A stretch of 64,000 nucleotides of DNA from Christensenellales bacterium (GCA_036297385.1 JAXJLD010000117.1:22208-86207); one strand, 5' to 3'. Shown: positions 51,742-61,559, counted from the stretch's first letter. Numbers and translations: made by a program. The notes: generated by a model not told the origin, from the letters alone.

Positions 51742-52861
51742 GAGCAGCACGCTCCTTTTCCTGTGTATCAAAGAAAATACGGTTCCCTGTCTCCGCATCG
51801 AAGAGGAAAACCTTCTCCATCTTCAGCGAGAAGCGAATCTGCCCATCCTGTGCAGGTACAATGCTATCTGCACTGACGATGGCGCGGATCGCTGCGTTTT
51901 GGCAGCAGGGATGCGCGCAAACAACGCTGACATCCCGCCCCATAACCTCAATACCGCCGAAAGCGCAGCACAACGCCCCTTTTTCGTCCGGGACAAAGCC
52001 TTCCGGGCGGATGCCAATGACGACAGGTTGATCTTCAACGCCATCTACCTGCATGACATCCGCTTCACCGATTCTCAACATACCATGCGCAACCTGTCCG
52101 TGAAATACATTGATGGGCGGCGTACCTAAGAATTGGGCGACGAACAGATTGGCCGGGCAGTCATATACAGTCTGAGGTTTCCCGGTCTGCTGGATGACGC
52201 CATCCGCCATAACGACGATCTCGTCTGAGATGCTCATGGCCTCTTCCTGATCGTGCGTGACAAAGACGGTCGTGATCTGCGTTTCGCGCTGAATCCGCCG
52301 GATTTCCTCGCGTGTTTGCAGTCTCAGCCGTGCATCCAGATTAGAGAGCGGCTCATCCAGCAGGAGTACGCGGGGGCGTTTAACCAGTGCGCGCGCAATC
52401 GCTACCCGCTGCTGCTGTCCACCGGACAGCTCACCAGGCTTGCGCTCCAGCAGTCCCTCGATCTGAACCAGTCGCGCCGCCTCACGCGCTCTTTCGCGCA
52501 TAGTTTCCTTGGAAAGCCGCTCCTTCCCCTTGAGGTTTTCCAAAGGAAATAGGATATTCTCCATGACCGTCATGTGCGGATAGAGCGCATAGCTCTGAAA
52601 TACAAAACCAACGCCGCGTTTTTCCGCCGGAAGCTCCGTCACATCCTCATCGCCAAAGTAAATCCGACCTTCAGTCGGCTTTAGCAGACCGCAAAGCAGA
52701 TTGAGCGTGGTACTTTTGCCGCATCCCGATGGGCCTAACAGGCCAATGAGCTTACCATCCGGGATTTCAAACGTAAAATCCTTCACCGCAACTACATCAC
52801 TGCGTGCGTCCTTTCCCCTGCCTGGAAACCTCTTGGTCAGATTATCCAATACGATTTTCAT
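51734..52861 (-). CDS. ABC transporter ATP-binding protein (MalK/UgpC/MsmK-like with a C-terminal regulatory domain)
   Basis: GPSGCGKST, LSGGQQQRVAIARAL, LLLDEPLSNLD and H-loop VTHDQ. MKIVLDNLTKRF start; the ORF opens at 52900. Confidence 0.95.
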   Translation of the reverse strand: MKIVLDNLTKRFPGRGKDARSDVVAVKDFTFEIPDGKLIGLLGPSGCGKSTTLNLLCGLLKPTEGRIYFGDEDVTELPAEKRGVGFVFQSYALYPHMTVMENILFPLENLKGKERLSKETMRERAREAARLVQIEGLLERKPGELSGGQQQRVAIARALVKRPRVLLLDEPLSNLDARLRLQTREEIRRIQRETQITTVFVTHDQEEAMSISDEIVVMADGVIQQTGKPQTVYDCPANLFVAQFLGTPPINVFHGQVAHGMLRIGEADVMQVDGVEDQPVVIGIRPEGFVPDEKGALCCAFGGIEVMGRDVSVVCAHPCCQNAAIRAIVSADSIVPAQDGQIRFSLKMEKVFLFDAETGNRIFFDTQEKERAAHE

Positions 52862-52935
52862 ACCGTACCTACTTTCTTCTCTTTCCTTTGCATACAGCAT
52901 GGAACGCCCATGCGCCTGTTTTCGCTATTCGTCTT

Positions 52936-52964
52936 AATATAGCGCATTTCCATCCGGTTTTCAA
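52936..52964 (-). promoter_or_regulatory. Promoter of the ABC importer operon
   Basis: On the minus strand: TTGAAA, 17-nt spacer, TATATT. Confidence 0.5.
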
Positions 52965-53078
52965 GCTTGCAAACGAAGAAGAAGGATTGACTGCAACAAG
53001 TTTTTTCCATAAAACCATTTCCTTTTGAAACAAAAAAGGGTATAATAAAAAGAGAATATTTGTACAGGAGGCTACATC

Positions 53079-54278
53079 ATGCAGCTTTCAAGGGATACGA
53101 AGCGTTTTTTGTTCTCCCTTTCCGTTTTCACCGTAGCGCTGGTGCTGTGTGTGATTAACTTCTCCGATGTAGGCAATTGGCTTGGTCGGCTGCTGGAGAA
53201 TTTTTCTCCTTTCATCATCGGCGGATGCATCGCATTCATCCTCAGCGTTCCCATGAGCTTGTTCAACAAATTGCTGAGCAAAAAGAACAAAAAGGGAAAA
53301 GCGCTTATGAAACCCGGCAAGCGCAAGCTTGTCAGCCTGCTTCTTTCCATCCTCTTTGCCTTTCTGGTGATCGGCATTTTCAGCGGACTTGTGGTGCCGC
53401 AGATCATCAGCACCATTAGCGCACTGGCGGATTCGCTCATGAGTTTTGTCTCCTCGGCGCAGCTTTTCATTTCCAATGCGCTGACATGGCTGGAGGAATA
53501 TCCTGAAATCCATGATGCAGTCGCTCCGGTCATCCCTGATCTGGATAAGATGGCTTCCACGCTCATCAACGTAGTGCAGCGCTCTGTGTTGACGCTTGCC
53601 TCTACGCTTCCGGGAAAGATTTCTTCCCTCTTTGGAAGCGTAAAGAACGTCATCATCTCGTTTGTGTTCGCTGTCTATGTTCTTTTGCAGACCGAATCGC
53701 TTTCGAGGCAGTGCAAAAAGCTCGTTTATGCCTTTTTGCCCAAGCACTTCTGCGATGATGTGCTCAACGTCGCACGCCTTGCGCACAAGACGTTCTTTTC
53801 CTACGTTGCCATCCAGTGCACAGAAGCCGCCATTCTCAGCGGTTTGTGCTTCATCGGCATGTTGATCTTCCGCTTCCCGCACGCACTGGTGATCTCCGTC
53901 ATCATGCTCTTCGGGGCGCTGATTCCGATCTATGGTGCGATTTTCTCGTGCGTCATCGGTGCCTTCCTTGTTCTGATCGAGAGCCCGATGAAGGCGATTG
54001 GCTTTGTGCTGTTTATCCTCGTCCTCCAGCAGATTGAAACCAATCTCATCTATCCGCGTGTTGTTTCTACGGCGATCAATCTTCCATCGATGTGGGTGCT
54101 TCTGGCCGTCACGGTGGGCGGCGGAATCTTTGGCATCCCAGGCATGATGACCGCTGTACCGATTGTTTCCATCACCTACACGCTGCTTGGCGATGCTGCC
54201 AACAAGCGCCTTTCTGCGAGAGGACTTTCGGTTTACGATCCTGCTCCACCCACTCCGCCCGAGGAAAAGAAGGCTTAG
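53079..54278 (+). CDS. AI-2E family transporter (PerM/UPF0118)
   Basis: 399 aa with about eight TM segments. The conserved C-terminal block is IP..G........G..........A......QQ.E.N...P.V. Confidence 0.8.
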   Translation: MQLSRDTKRFLFSLSVFTVALVLCVINFSDVGNWLGRLLENFSPFIIGGCIAFILSVPMSLFNKLLSKKNKKGKALMKPGKRKLVSLLLSILFAFLVIGIFSGLVVPQIISTISALADSLMSFVSSAQLFISNALTWLEEYPEIHDAVAPVIPDLDKMASTLINVVQRSVLTLASTLPGKISSLFGSVKNVIISFVFAVYVLLQTESLSRQCKKLVYAFLPKHFCDDVLNVARLAHKTFFSYVAIQCTEAAILSGLCFIGMLIFRFPHALVISVIMLFGALIPIYGAIFSCVIGAFLVLIESPMKAIGFVLFILVLQQIETNLIYPRVVSTAINLPSMWVLLAVTVGGGIFGIPGMMTAVPIVSITYTLLGDAANKRLSARGLSVYDPAPPTPPEEKKA

Positions 54279-54286
54279 TACCCTCC

Positions 54287-54315
54287 TTTACAAAAGTATA
54301 CCAAAACGATATAAT
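54287..54315 (+). promoter_or_regulatory. Promoter of the XRE-S24 / SprT-like operon
   Basis: TTTACA (54287-54292), 17-nt spacer, TATAAT (54310-54315). Confidence 0.6.
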
Positions 54316-54347
54316 GCGCTTAGCGAAAAACTAGGCGCTTTTCTTTT
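54316..54347 (+). promoter_or_regulatory. Inverted repeat at the predicted transcription start (operator candidate, or terminator of the upstream gene)
   Basis: GCGCTTAG-cgaaaaa-CTAGGCGC (one mismatch) followed by TTTTCTTTT. It starts immediately after the -10 hexamer. Confidence 0.4.
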
Positions 54348-54377
54348 GCGCCGACGAGATGATAGGAGGAATACACC

Positions 54378-55097
54378 ATGAGCCGTTTGGGTGATTTGAT
54401 TATGCTGGAGCGCAGCCGCCAGAAAATGACCCGCAAACAGGCCGCAAGGAAATGCGGCGTTTCTGAAGGCTATATCAAGGATGTCGAAGAGGGCCGGCGC
54501 ATCATTCAGGATGATCAGGCACGCAGGATTCTCAAAACACTTGGTGCCGGTCAGCACAATGAGGCCGAATTCTCTCTGGATGAAATTGCCGCAACGGTCG
54601 ATCTGGGCACGCTGGCGCCCGTAAGCACCAAACCTACACAGCCTAAAGCTGAGGAGCCCCGCCCTGCCGCCAAGCCCAGATCCAACGAGGAACAGAGCGG
54701 CATCTGGCTGGATGCGCTGAGCAGCGTACTCAAGCCTGTTCCGGTGATGAACGCCGGTTGGATTCGGGTTTCCCGGCGCATGGTGCCCATTCAGGACGGC
54801 AAAATCGAGGGCGCGAACCCCGACAAGGTCGTCTATTTCCTCGCCCCGGATGATTCCATGCGTGCCATGCGCATTGAAAAGGGCGATCTGGTATTGGTGG
54901 TGCCGCAGACATTGCCCGTAGATGGCGCGGTGATGCTGGTGGAATATGGTGCGCATCGCTGCCTGCGCCGCGTTAAGCTGTTGGGCAGCAACAATATTCT
55001 GCTCCAAAGCGGCGACCGCGATCTGGGAACGGAATCCGTCCATGTCAGCGAGATCAAGTTTGTCGGCAAAGCGGTGCGCGTGGAGATCACCCTGTAA
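54378..55097 (+). CDS. XRE-family HTH protein fused to an S24 LexA-like peptidase domain
   Basis: N-terminal HTH (MTRKQAARKCGVSEGYIKDVEEG), a Pro/Ala/Lys-rich linker, and a C-terminal S24 pattern with PDDSM (Ser) and RRVKLL (Lys). AGGAGG lies 7 nt upstream. Confidence 0.8.
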   Translation: MSRLGDLIMLERSRQKMTRKQAARKCGVSEGYIKDVEEGRRIIQDDQARRILKTLGAGQHNEAEFSLDEIAATVDLGTLAPVSTKPTQPKAEEPRPAAKPRSNEEQSGIWLDALSSVLKPVPVMNAGWIRVSRRMVPIQDGKIEGANPDKVVYFLAPDDSMRAMRIEKGDLVLVVPQTLPVDGAVMLVEYGAHRCLRRVKLLGSNNILLQSGDRDLGTESVHVSEIKFVGKAVRVEITL

Positions 55098-55098
55098 G

Positions 55099-55836
55099 AT
55101 GATGACGACAGCATCACTCCCCTTCCTCTTTCCGCTGAAAAGCGCTGACATTGATCGTCGCCGTGCTCAGATTCTGCAAGCCCTCTGCACACAAGACCCT
55201 GACTTTGCGCAAATCCCCGTGCGCAGATTGCAGCAGCGCACACTGGATTGTATGCTGATGCTCTATGACGACATATTCCTGTCAAGCTTCTTGTGTCGTG
55301 CTCTGCCCTCTCTCCATGTGACGCTCTCCTTCCGCCTGACCAGCGCGGCAGGAAAGTTCCTGTGTACCCAAGATACGCGGGGCAAGATACTCAACGCGGA
55401 AATCCGTATGTCCGGCGACTATCTGATGCGCCTGTGTCAAGGCGATTTTCATTTGAACGGCTTGACGGCGCATACGCCTCAGGATGCCTTCCTGATCGTA
55501 TTTGAACACGAGCTTTGCCATGCGCTTGAAACAGCTCTGTATGGGAAAACGGGTCATTCAAAGCGCTTTCTCTCGCTGGCCAATGGTCTTTTTGCCCACA
55601 CCGACACGCGCCACAGCCTGCCCACTCGCCAATTGGAAGCCGCACAGGAAGGACTGCGCGTGGGATGCCGCATACGTTTTCCCTTTCAGGACCACGAGCT
55701 GCACGGAATCATCAGCTACATCGGCAAGCAGGCCACGGTGATGGTACCTGATTCGCACGGCACTTACCGCGATGCGCACGGTAAACGCTATGAAAAGTAT
55801 CGTGTGCCGCTTCCCCTCCTTGATCTTGAACCATAG
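55099..55836 (+). CDS. SprT-like zinc metalloprotease domain protein with an SH3/Tudor-like C-terminus
   Basis: The ATG lies 1 nt after the upstream stop. RLTSAAGKF, IRMS, FEHELCHALE (HExxH) and GHSKRFLSLA parallel the E. coli SprT blocks as I recall them. Confidence 0.7.
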   Translation: MMTTASLPFLFPLKSADIDRRRAQILQALCTQDPDFAQIPVRRLQQRTLDCMLMLYDDIFLSSFLCRALPSLHVTLSFRLTSAAGKFLCTQDTRGKILNAEIRMSGDYLMRLCQGDFHLNGLTAHTPQDAFLIVFEHELCHALETALYGKTGHSKRFLSLANGLFAHTDTRHSLPTRQLEAAQEGLRVGCRIRFPFQDHELHGIISYIGKQATVMVPDSHGTYRDAHGKRYEKYRVPLPLLDLEP

Positions 55837-55850
55837 ATTTATAACTTTTT

Positions 55851-55878
55851 GCCCCTGCGTTACGCAGAGGGCATTTTT
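55851..55878 (+). terminator. Intrinsic terminator after the SprT-like gene
   Basis: GCCCCTGCG / CGCAgAGGGC hairpin followed by ATTTTT. Confidence 0.7.
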
Positions 55879-56076
55879 GATTTCTGCTGATCCCAAGAAG
55901 AGAGAGAAATAACTACCGCTCCGTTTTAGTCTCCCCTGTTTTAGATCATATCAAGAGATAATGCTCCCGTGTATGAAGACAGCATCTATGGCAAAACTTT
56001 TCATTTGTGGTCCAGATAGCATTAATTTGTTAATTCTGTACACTTTATTCCGATTTATTCTCCCATTTTGATCTTT

Positions 56077-56103
56077 ACTGACTTTCTTTGACCATGGTAT
56101 ACT
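56077..56103 (+). promoter_or_regulatory. clpB promoter (extended -10) overlapped by a CtsR-like direct repeat
   Basis: TGgTATACT at 56095-56103. The minus strand of 56077-56093 reads GGTCAAA-GAA-AGTCAGT, against the CtsR consensus RGTCAAA-NAN-RGTCAAA. Confidence 0.5.
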
Positions 56104-56185
56104 GACAGCGTCGAAAGACAAAGTAAGCATCAAGAAACCGTTCGTCGGGCGAACGTCGCCCTGAACATAAAGGAGGATGATTTGG

Positions 56186-58798
56186 ATGGAATCTAACCGT
56201 TTCACTCAAAAATCCATGGAAGCGCTGCAAAGCTGCCAGCAGCTCGCACAAGGCTATGGCAACGCGCAGGTGGAGCAGCTTCACCTGCTCAGCGCATTGG
56301 TCAGCCAAGAAAACGGCCTGATCGGTCAGCTCCTTGGCAAGCTGGGGCTCAATCTCCGTCAGGTGCAGAGCACCTGCGAGAGCGCTGTTGCCCGCCTGCC
56401 AAAGATCAGTGGCAGCAACCAGCAGCCCTATGTCTCCGCAGGGCTTTCCGCAGTGCTCCAGCAGTCTGAAAATGAAATGAAACAGATGCGGGACGAATAC
56501 GTATCCGTCGAGCATCTGTTCCTCGCGCTGATGGAAAAGGCGGATTCGTCCGTCAAGCCGGTGCTCTCCACGCTCAATCTGCGTAAGGCGGATTTCCTCA
56601 AGGCGCTTCAGGAGGTACGCGGCAGCGCCCGCGTTACAAGCGAAGACCCGGAAGCCACCTACGACGCACTCAAGAAATACGGGCAGGATCTCGTTGAGCT
56701 GGCACGCCAGAACAAGCTCGATCCCGTCATTGGCCGCGACACAGAGATTCGCAATGCTATCCGTATCCTTTCCCGGAAATCCAAGAATAATCCGGTGCTC
56801 ATCGGCGAGCCTGGCGTTGGCAAGACCGCCATTGCCGAAGGGCTTGCACAGCGCATTGTGCGCGGCGATGTGCCAGACAGCCTCAAGAACCGCACCATCT
56901 TCTCGCTGGATATGGGTGCGCTGATTGCGGGCGCAAAATTCCGCGGCGAATTTGAGGAGCGCCTCAAGGCCGTGCTCAGCGACATCAAGGCCAGCGAGGG
57001 ACGTATCATCCTGTTTATCGACGAATTGCACACCATTGTTGGCGCAGGAAAGACCGAGGGCTCGATGGACGCGGGCAACCTGCTCAAGCCCATGCTGGCA
57101 CGCGGCGAGCTGCATTGTATCGGTGCAACTACGCTCAACGAGTACCGCAAGTACATTGAAAAGGACGCGGCGCTGGAGCGGCGCTTCCAGCCGGTGATGG
57201 TCGATGAGCCGACGGTCGAGGATACCATCTCCATTCTGCGCGGTCTCAAGGAGCGCTACGAGGTATTCCACGGCGTGAAAATTCAGGATCAGGCGCTGAT
57301 TGCCGCCGCTACCCTCTCTAATCGCTATATTTCCGACCGTTTCCTGCCGGATAAGGCGATTGACTTGGTGGACGAGGCTTGCGCTACCATCCGAACGGAA
57401 ATGGACTCCATGCCGCAAGAACTCGATGACGTTCGCCGCCGCATCATGCAGCACGAGATCGAAGAAGCGGCGCTCAAGAAGGAGGACGACGCGCTGTCCC
57501 GCGAGCGTCTGGCCGTAATCCAAAAAGAGCTGGCAGATATGCGCGAAAACTTCTCCTCCATGCAGGCCCGCTGGGAAAATGAGAAAAACAGCATTGGCAA
57601 GGTGCAGAAGCTCCGCGAGGAAATTGAACATCTGGGCGGCGAGATCGCTGAGGCCGAGCGCAGCTATGACCTCAATCGCGCGGCTGAACTGAAGTATGGC
57701 AAGCTGCCGCAGCTTCAGAAAGAGCTGGCTGAACAGGAAAAACTCGCCGAGGAAGCCAAGTCTGACAGCACGCTGCTGCGCGATAAGGTTACCGAGGAGG
57801 AGATCGCGCGCATTGTCGCCCGCTGGACGGGCATTCCGGTTTCCAAGCTGATGGAGGGTGAACGCGAAAAGCTGCTTCATCTAGATGATACGCTGCATCA
57901 GCGCGTTATCGGTCAGGACGAAGCGGTTGAAAAAGTCTGCGAAGCCATTTTGCGCAGCCGCGCCGGTATTCAAAATCCGGATCGGCCGATCGGCTCCTTC
58001 CTCTTCCTCGGCCCCACAGGCGTTGGCAAAACTGAGCTGGCCAAGGCGTTGGCGCAGGCTTTGTTTGACGATGAGAAGAACATGGTTCGTATCGACATGA
58101 GCGAATACATGGAGAAGCACAGCGTCTCCCGTCTCATCGGCGCCCCTCCGGGATATGTCGGTTATGACGAAGGCGGTCAGCTGACTGAAGCTGTTCGCCG
58201 CAGGCCGTATGCTGTCGTCCTGTTTGATGAGGTCGAAAAGGCGCACCCGGATGTATTCAATGTGCTACTCCAAGTGCTGGATGACGGACGCATCACCGAT
58301 TCGCAGGGGCGCACGGTCGACTTCAAGAATACCATCATCATCCTGACCAGCAACCTCGGCTCCTCCGCCATTCTGGACGGCATCGACGAAAGTGGCCAGA
58401 TCCGCGAGGATGCGCGTAAGCAGGTGGAAGCCATGCTCAAGACGCACTTCCGCCCCGAGTTCCTCAACCGGCTGGACGAAATCGTGTTCTACAAACCGCT
58501 GACCCGGAATGAAATCGACCGCATCGTGGATCTTCAGGTGGCCGATCTTAATCGCCGCCTCAAGGACAAGCAGCTTACCATGGCACTCACCCCTGCTGCG
58601 CGGACATATATTGTCGCGCAGGGCTATGACCCGATCTACGGTGCGCGCCCGCTCAAACGCTTTATGCAGCGCGCTGTGGAGACGCTCATCGCGCGCAAGC
58701 TGATTGCCGAAGATGTGCAGCCGCGCACACAGCTTACTGTCGATTACGATGGCGACAAACTGGTGATCGACGCGGAACCGGAGTACATCGTTTCGTAA
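56186..58798 (+). CDS. clpB: ATP-dependent chaperone ClpB
   Basis: Clp N domain, two AAA modules ([10 protein letters not shown] and [12 protein letters not shown]) and a long middle coiled coil. The ATG at 56186 lies 9 nt after AGGAGG; the ORF opens at 56177. Confidence 0.97.
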   Translation: MESNRFTQKSMEALQSCQQLAQGYGNAQVEQLHLLSALVSQENGLIGQLLGKLGLNLRQVQSTCESAVARLPKISGSNQQPYVSAGLSAVLQQSENEMKQMRDEYVSVEHLFLALMEKADSSVKPVLSTLNLRKADFLKALQEVRGSARVTSEDPEATYDALKKYGQDLVELARQNKLDPVIGRDTEIRNAIRILSRKSKNNPVLIGEPGVGKTAIAEGLAQRIVRGDVPDSLKNRTIFSLDMGALIAGAKFRGEFEERLKAVLSDIKASEGRIILFIDELHTIVGAGKTEGSMDAGNLLKPMLARGELHCIGATTLNEYRKYIEKDAALERRFQPVMVDEPTVEDTISILRGLKERYEVFHGVKIQDQALIAAATLSNRYISDRFLPDKAIDLVDEACATIRTEMDSMPQELDDVRRRIMQHEIEEAALKKEDDALSRERLAVIQKELADMRENFSSMQARWENEKNSIGKVQKLREEIEHLGGEIAEAERSYDLNRAAELKYGKLPQLQKELAEQEKLAEEAKSDSTLLRDKVTEEEIARIVARWTGIPVSKLMEGEREKLLHLDDTLHQRVIGQDEAVEKVCEAILRSRAGIQNPDRPIGSFLFLGPTGVGKTELAKALAQALFDDEKNMVRIDMSEYMEKHSVSRLIGAPPGYVGYDEGGQLTEAVRRRPYAVVLFDEVEKAHPDVFNVLLQVLDDGRITDSQGRTVDFKNTIIILTSNLGSSAILDGIDESGQIREDARKQVEAMLKTHFRPEFLNRLDEIVFYKPLTRNEIDRIVDLQVADLNRRLKDKQLTMALTPAARTYIVAQGYDPIYGARPLKRFMQRAVETLIARKLIAEDVQPRTQLTVDYDGDKLVIDAEPEYIVS

Positions 58799-58844
58799 GC
58801 CTACACGCAAGCATCCCTACACGCAAGAAATCTTGATGAATCGC

Positions 58845-58897
58845 AAAAGGCGCTGTCTCAAAATGGCTAAAGCAAGCCATGAGAGACAGCGCCTTTT
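58845..58897. terminator. Long hairpin downstream of clpB (likely serves the convergent GNAT gene)
   Basis: AAAAGGCGCTGTCTC / GAGACAGCGCCTTTT outer stem with an ATGGCT / AGCCAT inner stem. Confidence 0.6.
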
Positions 58898-58906
58898 GAC
58901 AGTCTG

Positions 58907-58940
58907 AAGCGAGTACAGAACACGCTGTACTCGCTTTTTT
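58907..58940 (+). terminator. Intrinsic terminator after clpB
   Basis: AAGCGAGTACAG / CTGTACTCGCTT hairpin followed by TTTTTT. Confidence 0.8.
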
Positions 58941-58948
58941 GATGTAGG

Positions 58949-59521
58949 TTATCCTCGAATCAGCCGAACATTCTGCTCAAAACGATCGGCTGGCAGCATT
59001 TGGCGATAAAGCGAAAGCATCTCTTCTGCCCAATCCCGTACCGGCAGCACATCGGTGCAGGGCAACACAAGAATACTGTATTCCACATCAAATAGCCAAA
59101 TGCGAACGCTGGTCAGCACCGCACCTGCTTTCGTATAAAAGCCAATCCGTTTGCGCGCCATCGCTTCATCCGGCGCTGCTTTAGGCCGCTCACACTCGAT
59201 CAGAAGCACATCAGCCACATCGGCATAATATGCCCGAAGCTGTGCAAGCATCATACTCCCAATACCCTCGTGGCGAAGTGCGGGCCGCACGGCCAGATAA
59301 TCTAAAAGTGCTGCCTGTGCGCCAAGCGGATGATAGACCAGTGCATATGCGGCAAGCGTGCTATCGCACTGATATGCTCCGATAACGCTGTATACGCCCT
59401 TTCGCTTCATATCTAAGATATCCGAAAGGCGTTTGAGTTCGCTCGGCGGAAAATCTCTGCGCATATCATTTTCATATAGCGCACGGATCTGCTCGTCATC
59501 AAGCAATTTCAGCGTCATCAT
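58949..59521 (-). CDS. GNAT-family N-acetyltransferase
   Basis: 190 aa. LAVRPALRHEGIGSMMLAQL is the acetyl-CoA binding motif A. Confidence 0.8.
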   Translation of the reverse strand: MMTLKLLDDEQIRALYENDMRRDFPPSELKRLSDILDMKRKGVYSVIGAYQCDSTLAAYALVYHPLGAQAALLDYLAVRPALRHEGIGSMMLAQLRAYYADVADVLLIECERPKAAPDEAMARKRIGFYTKAGAVLTSVRIWLFDVEYSILVLPCTDVLPVRDWAEEMLSLYRQMLPADRFEQNVRLIRG

Positions 59522-59560
59522 TCCGCATCCACTCCTCCACTTTGTTTTGAGCTTCAGTAT

Positions 59561-60970
59561 TTATGCCTCGATGATATTGCGAATCCAAACGCCCTTGCGC
59601 ATCAGGATCACGCCAAAGATCACCTTAATCAGCTCTAGGGACTGTACAATCAGGTACATCTGGACGACAGGAAGGTTCGTCATATACGCCAGAATCCACG
59701 CAACCGGCACACTTACGCCCCAAGTAAATCCGCTGTCAAAAATAAATGTAATCACCGTTCTGCCGCCGGAACGCAAGGTAAAATAGCAGCAATGCGCCAT
59801 CGAATACAGCGGCATCATTGCGGCAACCACCCACAGCATCTTCATCGACAGCTCCCTGACATGGGGCTCCGTATTGTAAATCTGCGGAATCACCGGAGAA
59901 AGCATCACCAGCAGCACGCTCATCACCAGATTGGAAGCAACGGCTGCAGCCATGAGCTTCCATGCGGTTGATTTCGCTTCCTCCACGCGGTTAGCACCCA
60001 GCGCCTGCCCGACCATGATGGCAACCGCATTCCCCATGGAGAGGAAGATCACCTTGAACAGGTTGCTGACAGTCGATGTGATGTTGTAAGCCGCCACCGC
60101 GTCAAGGCCACGAACAGACGTACACTGCAGCAGCACCGCCATGCCGGAGGACCAAAAGAACTCATTGACCAGAAGCGGCATACCACGGCGAAGCACATCG
60201 CCCATCAGCTTGCGAGGTACATATATGCTGCGGTAAGCGCCATGGATAAACGGAAAGAGATCGCTCTTGAGATGGGTATAGAACATGATGATCGCCATCT
60301 CGACATAGCGAGAAAGCACCGTGGCAATGGCTGCACCTGCAACACCCAGCTTCGGAAAGCCAAACATACCGAAAATCAGCAGATAGTTAAAGACAAGGTT
60401 CACCAGAATAGCCACGATACTGGCAAACATCGGCAGGCGTGTCTCACCCACCTCGCGCAGCGTGCTCGCATAAACTTGCGAAACCGCAAACGGAAGCAGA
60501 CCGACGAGCATAATCATCAGATACTCCATGCCAAAGCGCATGGTGCTTTCTACATCCGCACTTGCTGTTCCATCGGCGAGAAATACGCCAATAAGCTGTC
60601 TTGGGCAGATCAAAAACACTGCCGTAGCGCATACCATCATCAGCACGGCAATCATCCATTTGATTCGGAAACAATAGCGAACGCCATCATGGTCACGTGC
60701 GCCAGCAAACTGCGTAGCAAAAATACCCGCGCCAGCTAAGCCGCCGAAAATGCACAGGTTAAAAATAAAGAGAAGCTGATTGACAATCGCTACGGCGGAC
60801 ATTTCCAGCGTGCCAACACGCCCCACCATAACATTGTCCAACAGGCTTACGACATTGGTGACGGTGTTCTGAATGATGATCGGAACGACAATCGCCACCA
60901 TATCCCTATAAAATGCGCGATCTCCGATCAGACTGCGGCGCATACGCGCGCTGAGCTTCTCACGAGACAT
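59561..60970 (-). CDS. MATE-family efflux transporter
   Basis: Twelve-TM protein. P.I.QN....V.SL.D..MVG and the second-half repeat are typical of MATE. The ATG at 60970 follows GGAGG; the ORF opens at 61030. Confidence 0.88.
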   Translation of the reverse strand: MSREKLSARMRRSLIGDRAFYRDMVAIVVPIIIQNTVTNVVSLLDNVMVGRVGTLEMSAVAIVNQLLFIFNLCIFGGLAGAGIFATQFAGARDHDGVRYCFRIKWMIAVLMMVCATAVFLICPRQLIGVFLADGTASADVESTMRFGMEYLMIMLVGLLPFAVSQVYASTLREVGETRLPMFASIVAILVNLVFNYLLIFGMFGFPKLGVAGAAIATVLSRYVEMAIIMFYTHLKSDLFPFIHGAYRSIYVPRKLMGDVLRRGMPLLVNEFFWSSGMAVLLQCTSVRGLDAVAAYNITSTVSNLFKVIFLSMGNAVAIMVGQALGANRVEEAKSTAWKLMAAAVASNLVMSVLLVMLSPVIPQIYNTEPHVRELSMKMLWVVAAMMPLYSMAHCCYFTLRSGGRTVITFIFDSGFTWGVSVPVAWILAYMTNLPVVQMYLIVQSLELIKVIFGVILMRKGVWIRNIIEA

Positions 60971-61035
60971 TCCCGTTGTTCCTCCTCTTTGGCAGAAAAT
61001 ATGCATACGCATTAATATAGCATATCTCAAACGGT

Positions 61036-61065
61036 TTGTAAATCACCATTTCACTGTGGTATACT
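61036..61065 (+). promoter_or_regulatory. Promoter of the VOC/glyoxalase gene
   Basis: TTGTAA, 18-nt spacer, TGgTATACT. Confidence 0.5.
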
Positions 61066-61125
61066 GAACATAAAGTATCCCAATAGCGAATGGCAAATCT
61101 TAAAACAGAAAGGAAGATATGCACG

Positions 61126-61494
61126 ATGTCCTTCACCATGATCCACGAAAACTACAACGTTCGCGACCTCGACAAATCCATTGCCTTTTACGAGAAAGCG
61201 CTCGGCCTAAAAGAAGCGCACCGCAAAACCGCGCAGGATGGTGCATACACGATCGTATTCATGAAAGGAGAGCATTCGGATTTTGAACTGGAGCTGACAT
61301 GGCTACGCGATCATCCTCAGCCTTATAATCTAGGTGAATGCGAATTTCATTTGGCATTCCAGACAGACGATTTTGAAGCTGCACACGCGCTGCACGAGTC
61401 GATGGGCTGCATTTGCTTTGAAAACGAGGCCATGGGCGTTTACTTTATCGCTGACCCGGACGGCTATTGGCTTGAAATTATTCCCACTCATTGA
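61126..61494 (+). CDS. VOC-family protein, glyoxalase I-like
   Basis: H.N.NV.DLDKSI.FYEKALGL, ELELTW and H.AF..DD motifs. ATG at 61126; the ORF opens at 61090. Confidence 0.8.
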   Translation: MSFTMIHENYNVRDLDKSIAFYEKALGLKEAHRKTAQDGAYTIVFMKGEHSDFELELTWLRDHPQPYNLGECEFHLAFQTDDFEAAHALHESMGCICFENEAMGVYFIADPDGYWLEIIPTH

Positions 61495-61559
61495 TACCGC
61501 ACGCGATCTCGCAAAGAAAATCCGAACATTTAGGTTTATATGCTTTGCGTAGTTCGAAG

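Noticed and set aside
55973-56071. A 32-codon hydrophobic ORF (MKTASMAKLFICGPDSINLLILYTLFRFILPF) in the AT-richer spacer before clpB; possible type I toxin or small membrane peptide.
   Set aside because: It has no Shine-Dalgarno sequence and no obvious antisense RNA promoter or terminator pair. It also runs into the start of the clpB CtsR-like/promoter region. The 84-codon minus ORF 55951..56205 in the same spacer has no support either.
55879-56185. I searched the clpB upstream region for a CIRCE (HrcA) element, TTAGCACTC-N9-GAGTGCTAA.
   Set aside because: No match to either half-site is present. Only the CtsR-like heptads were found.
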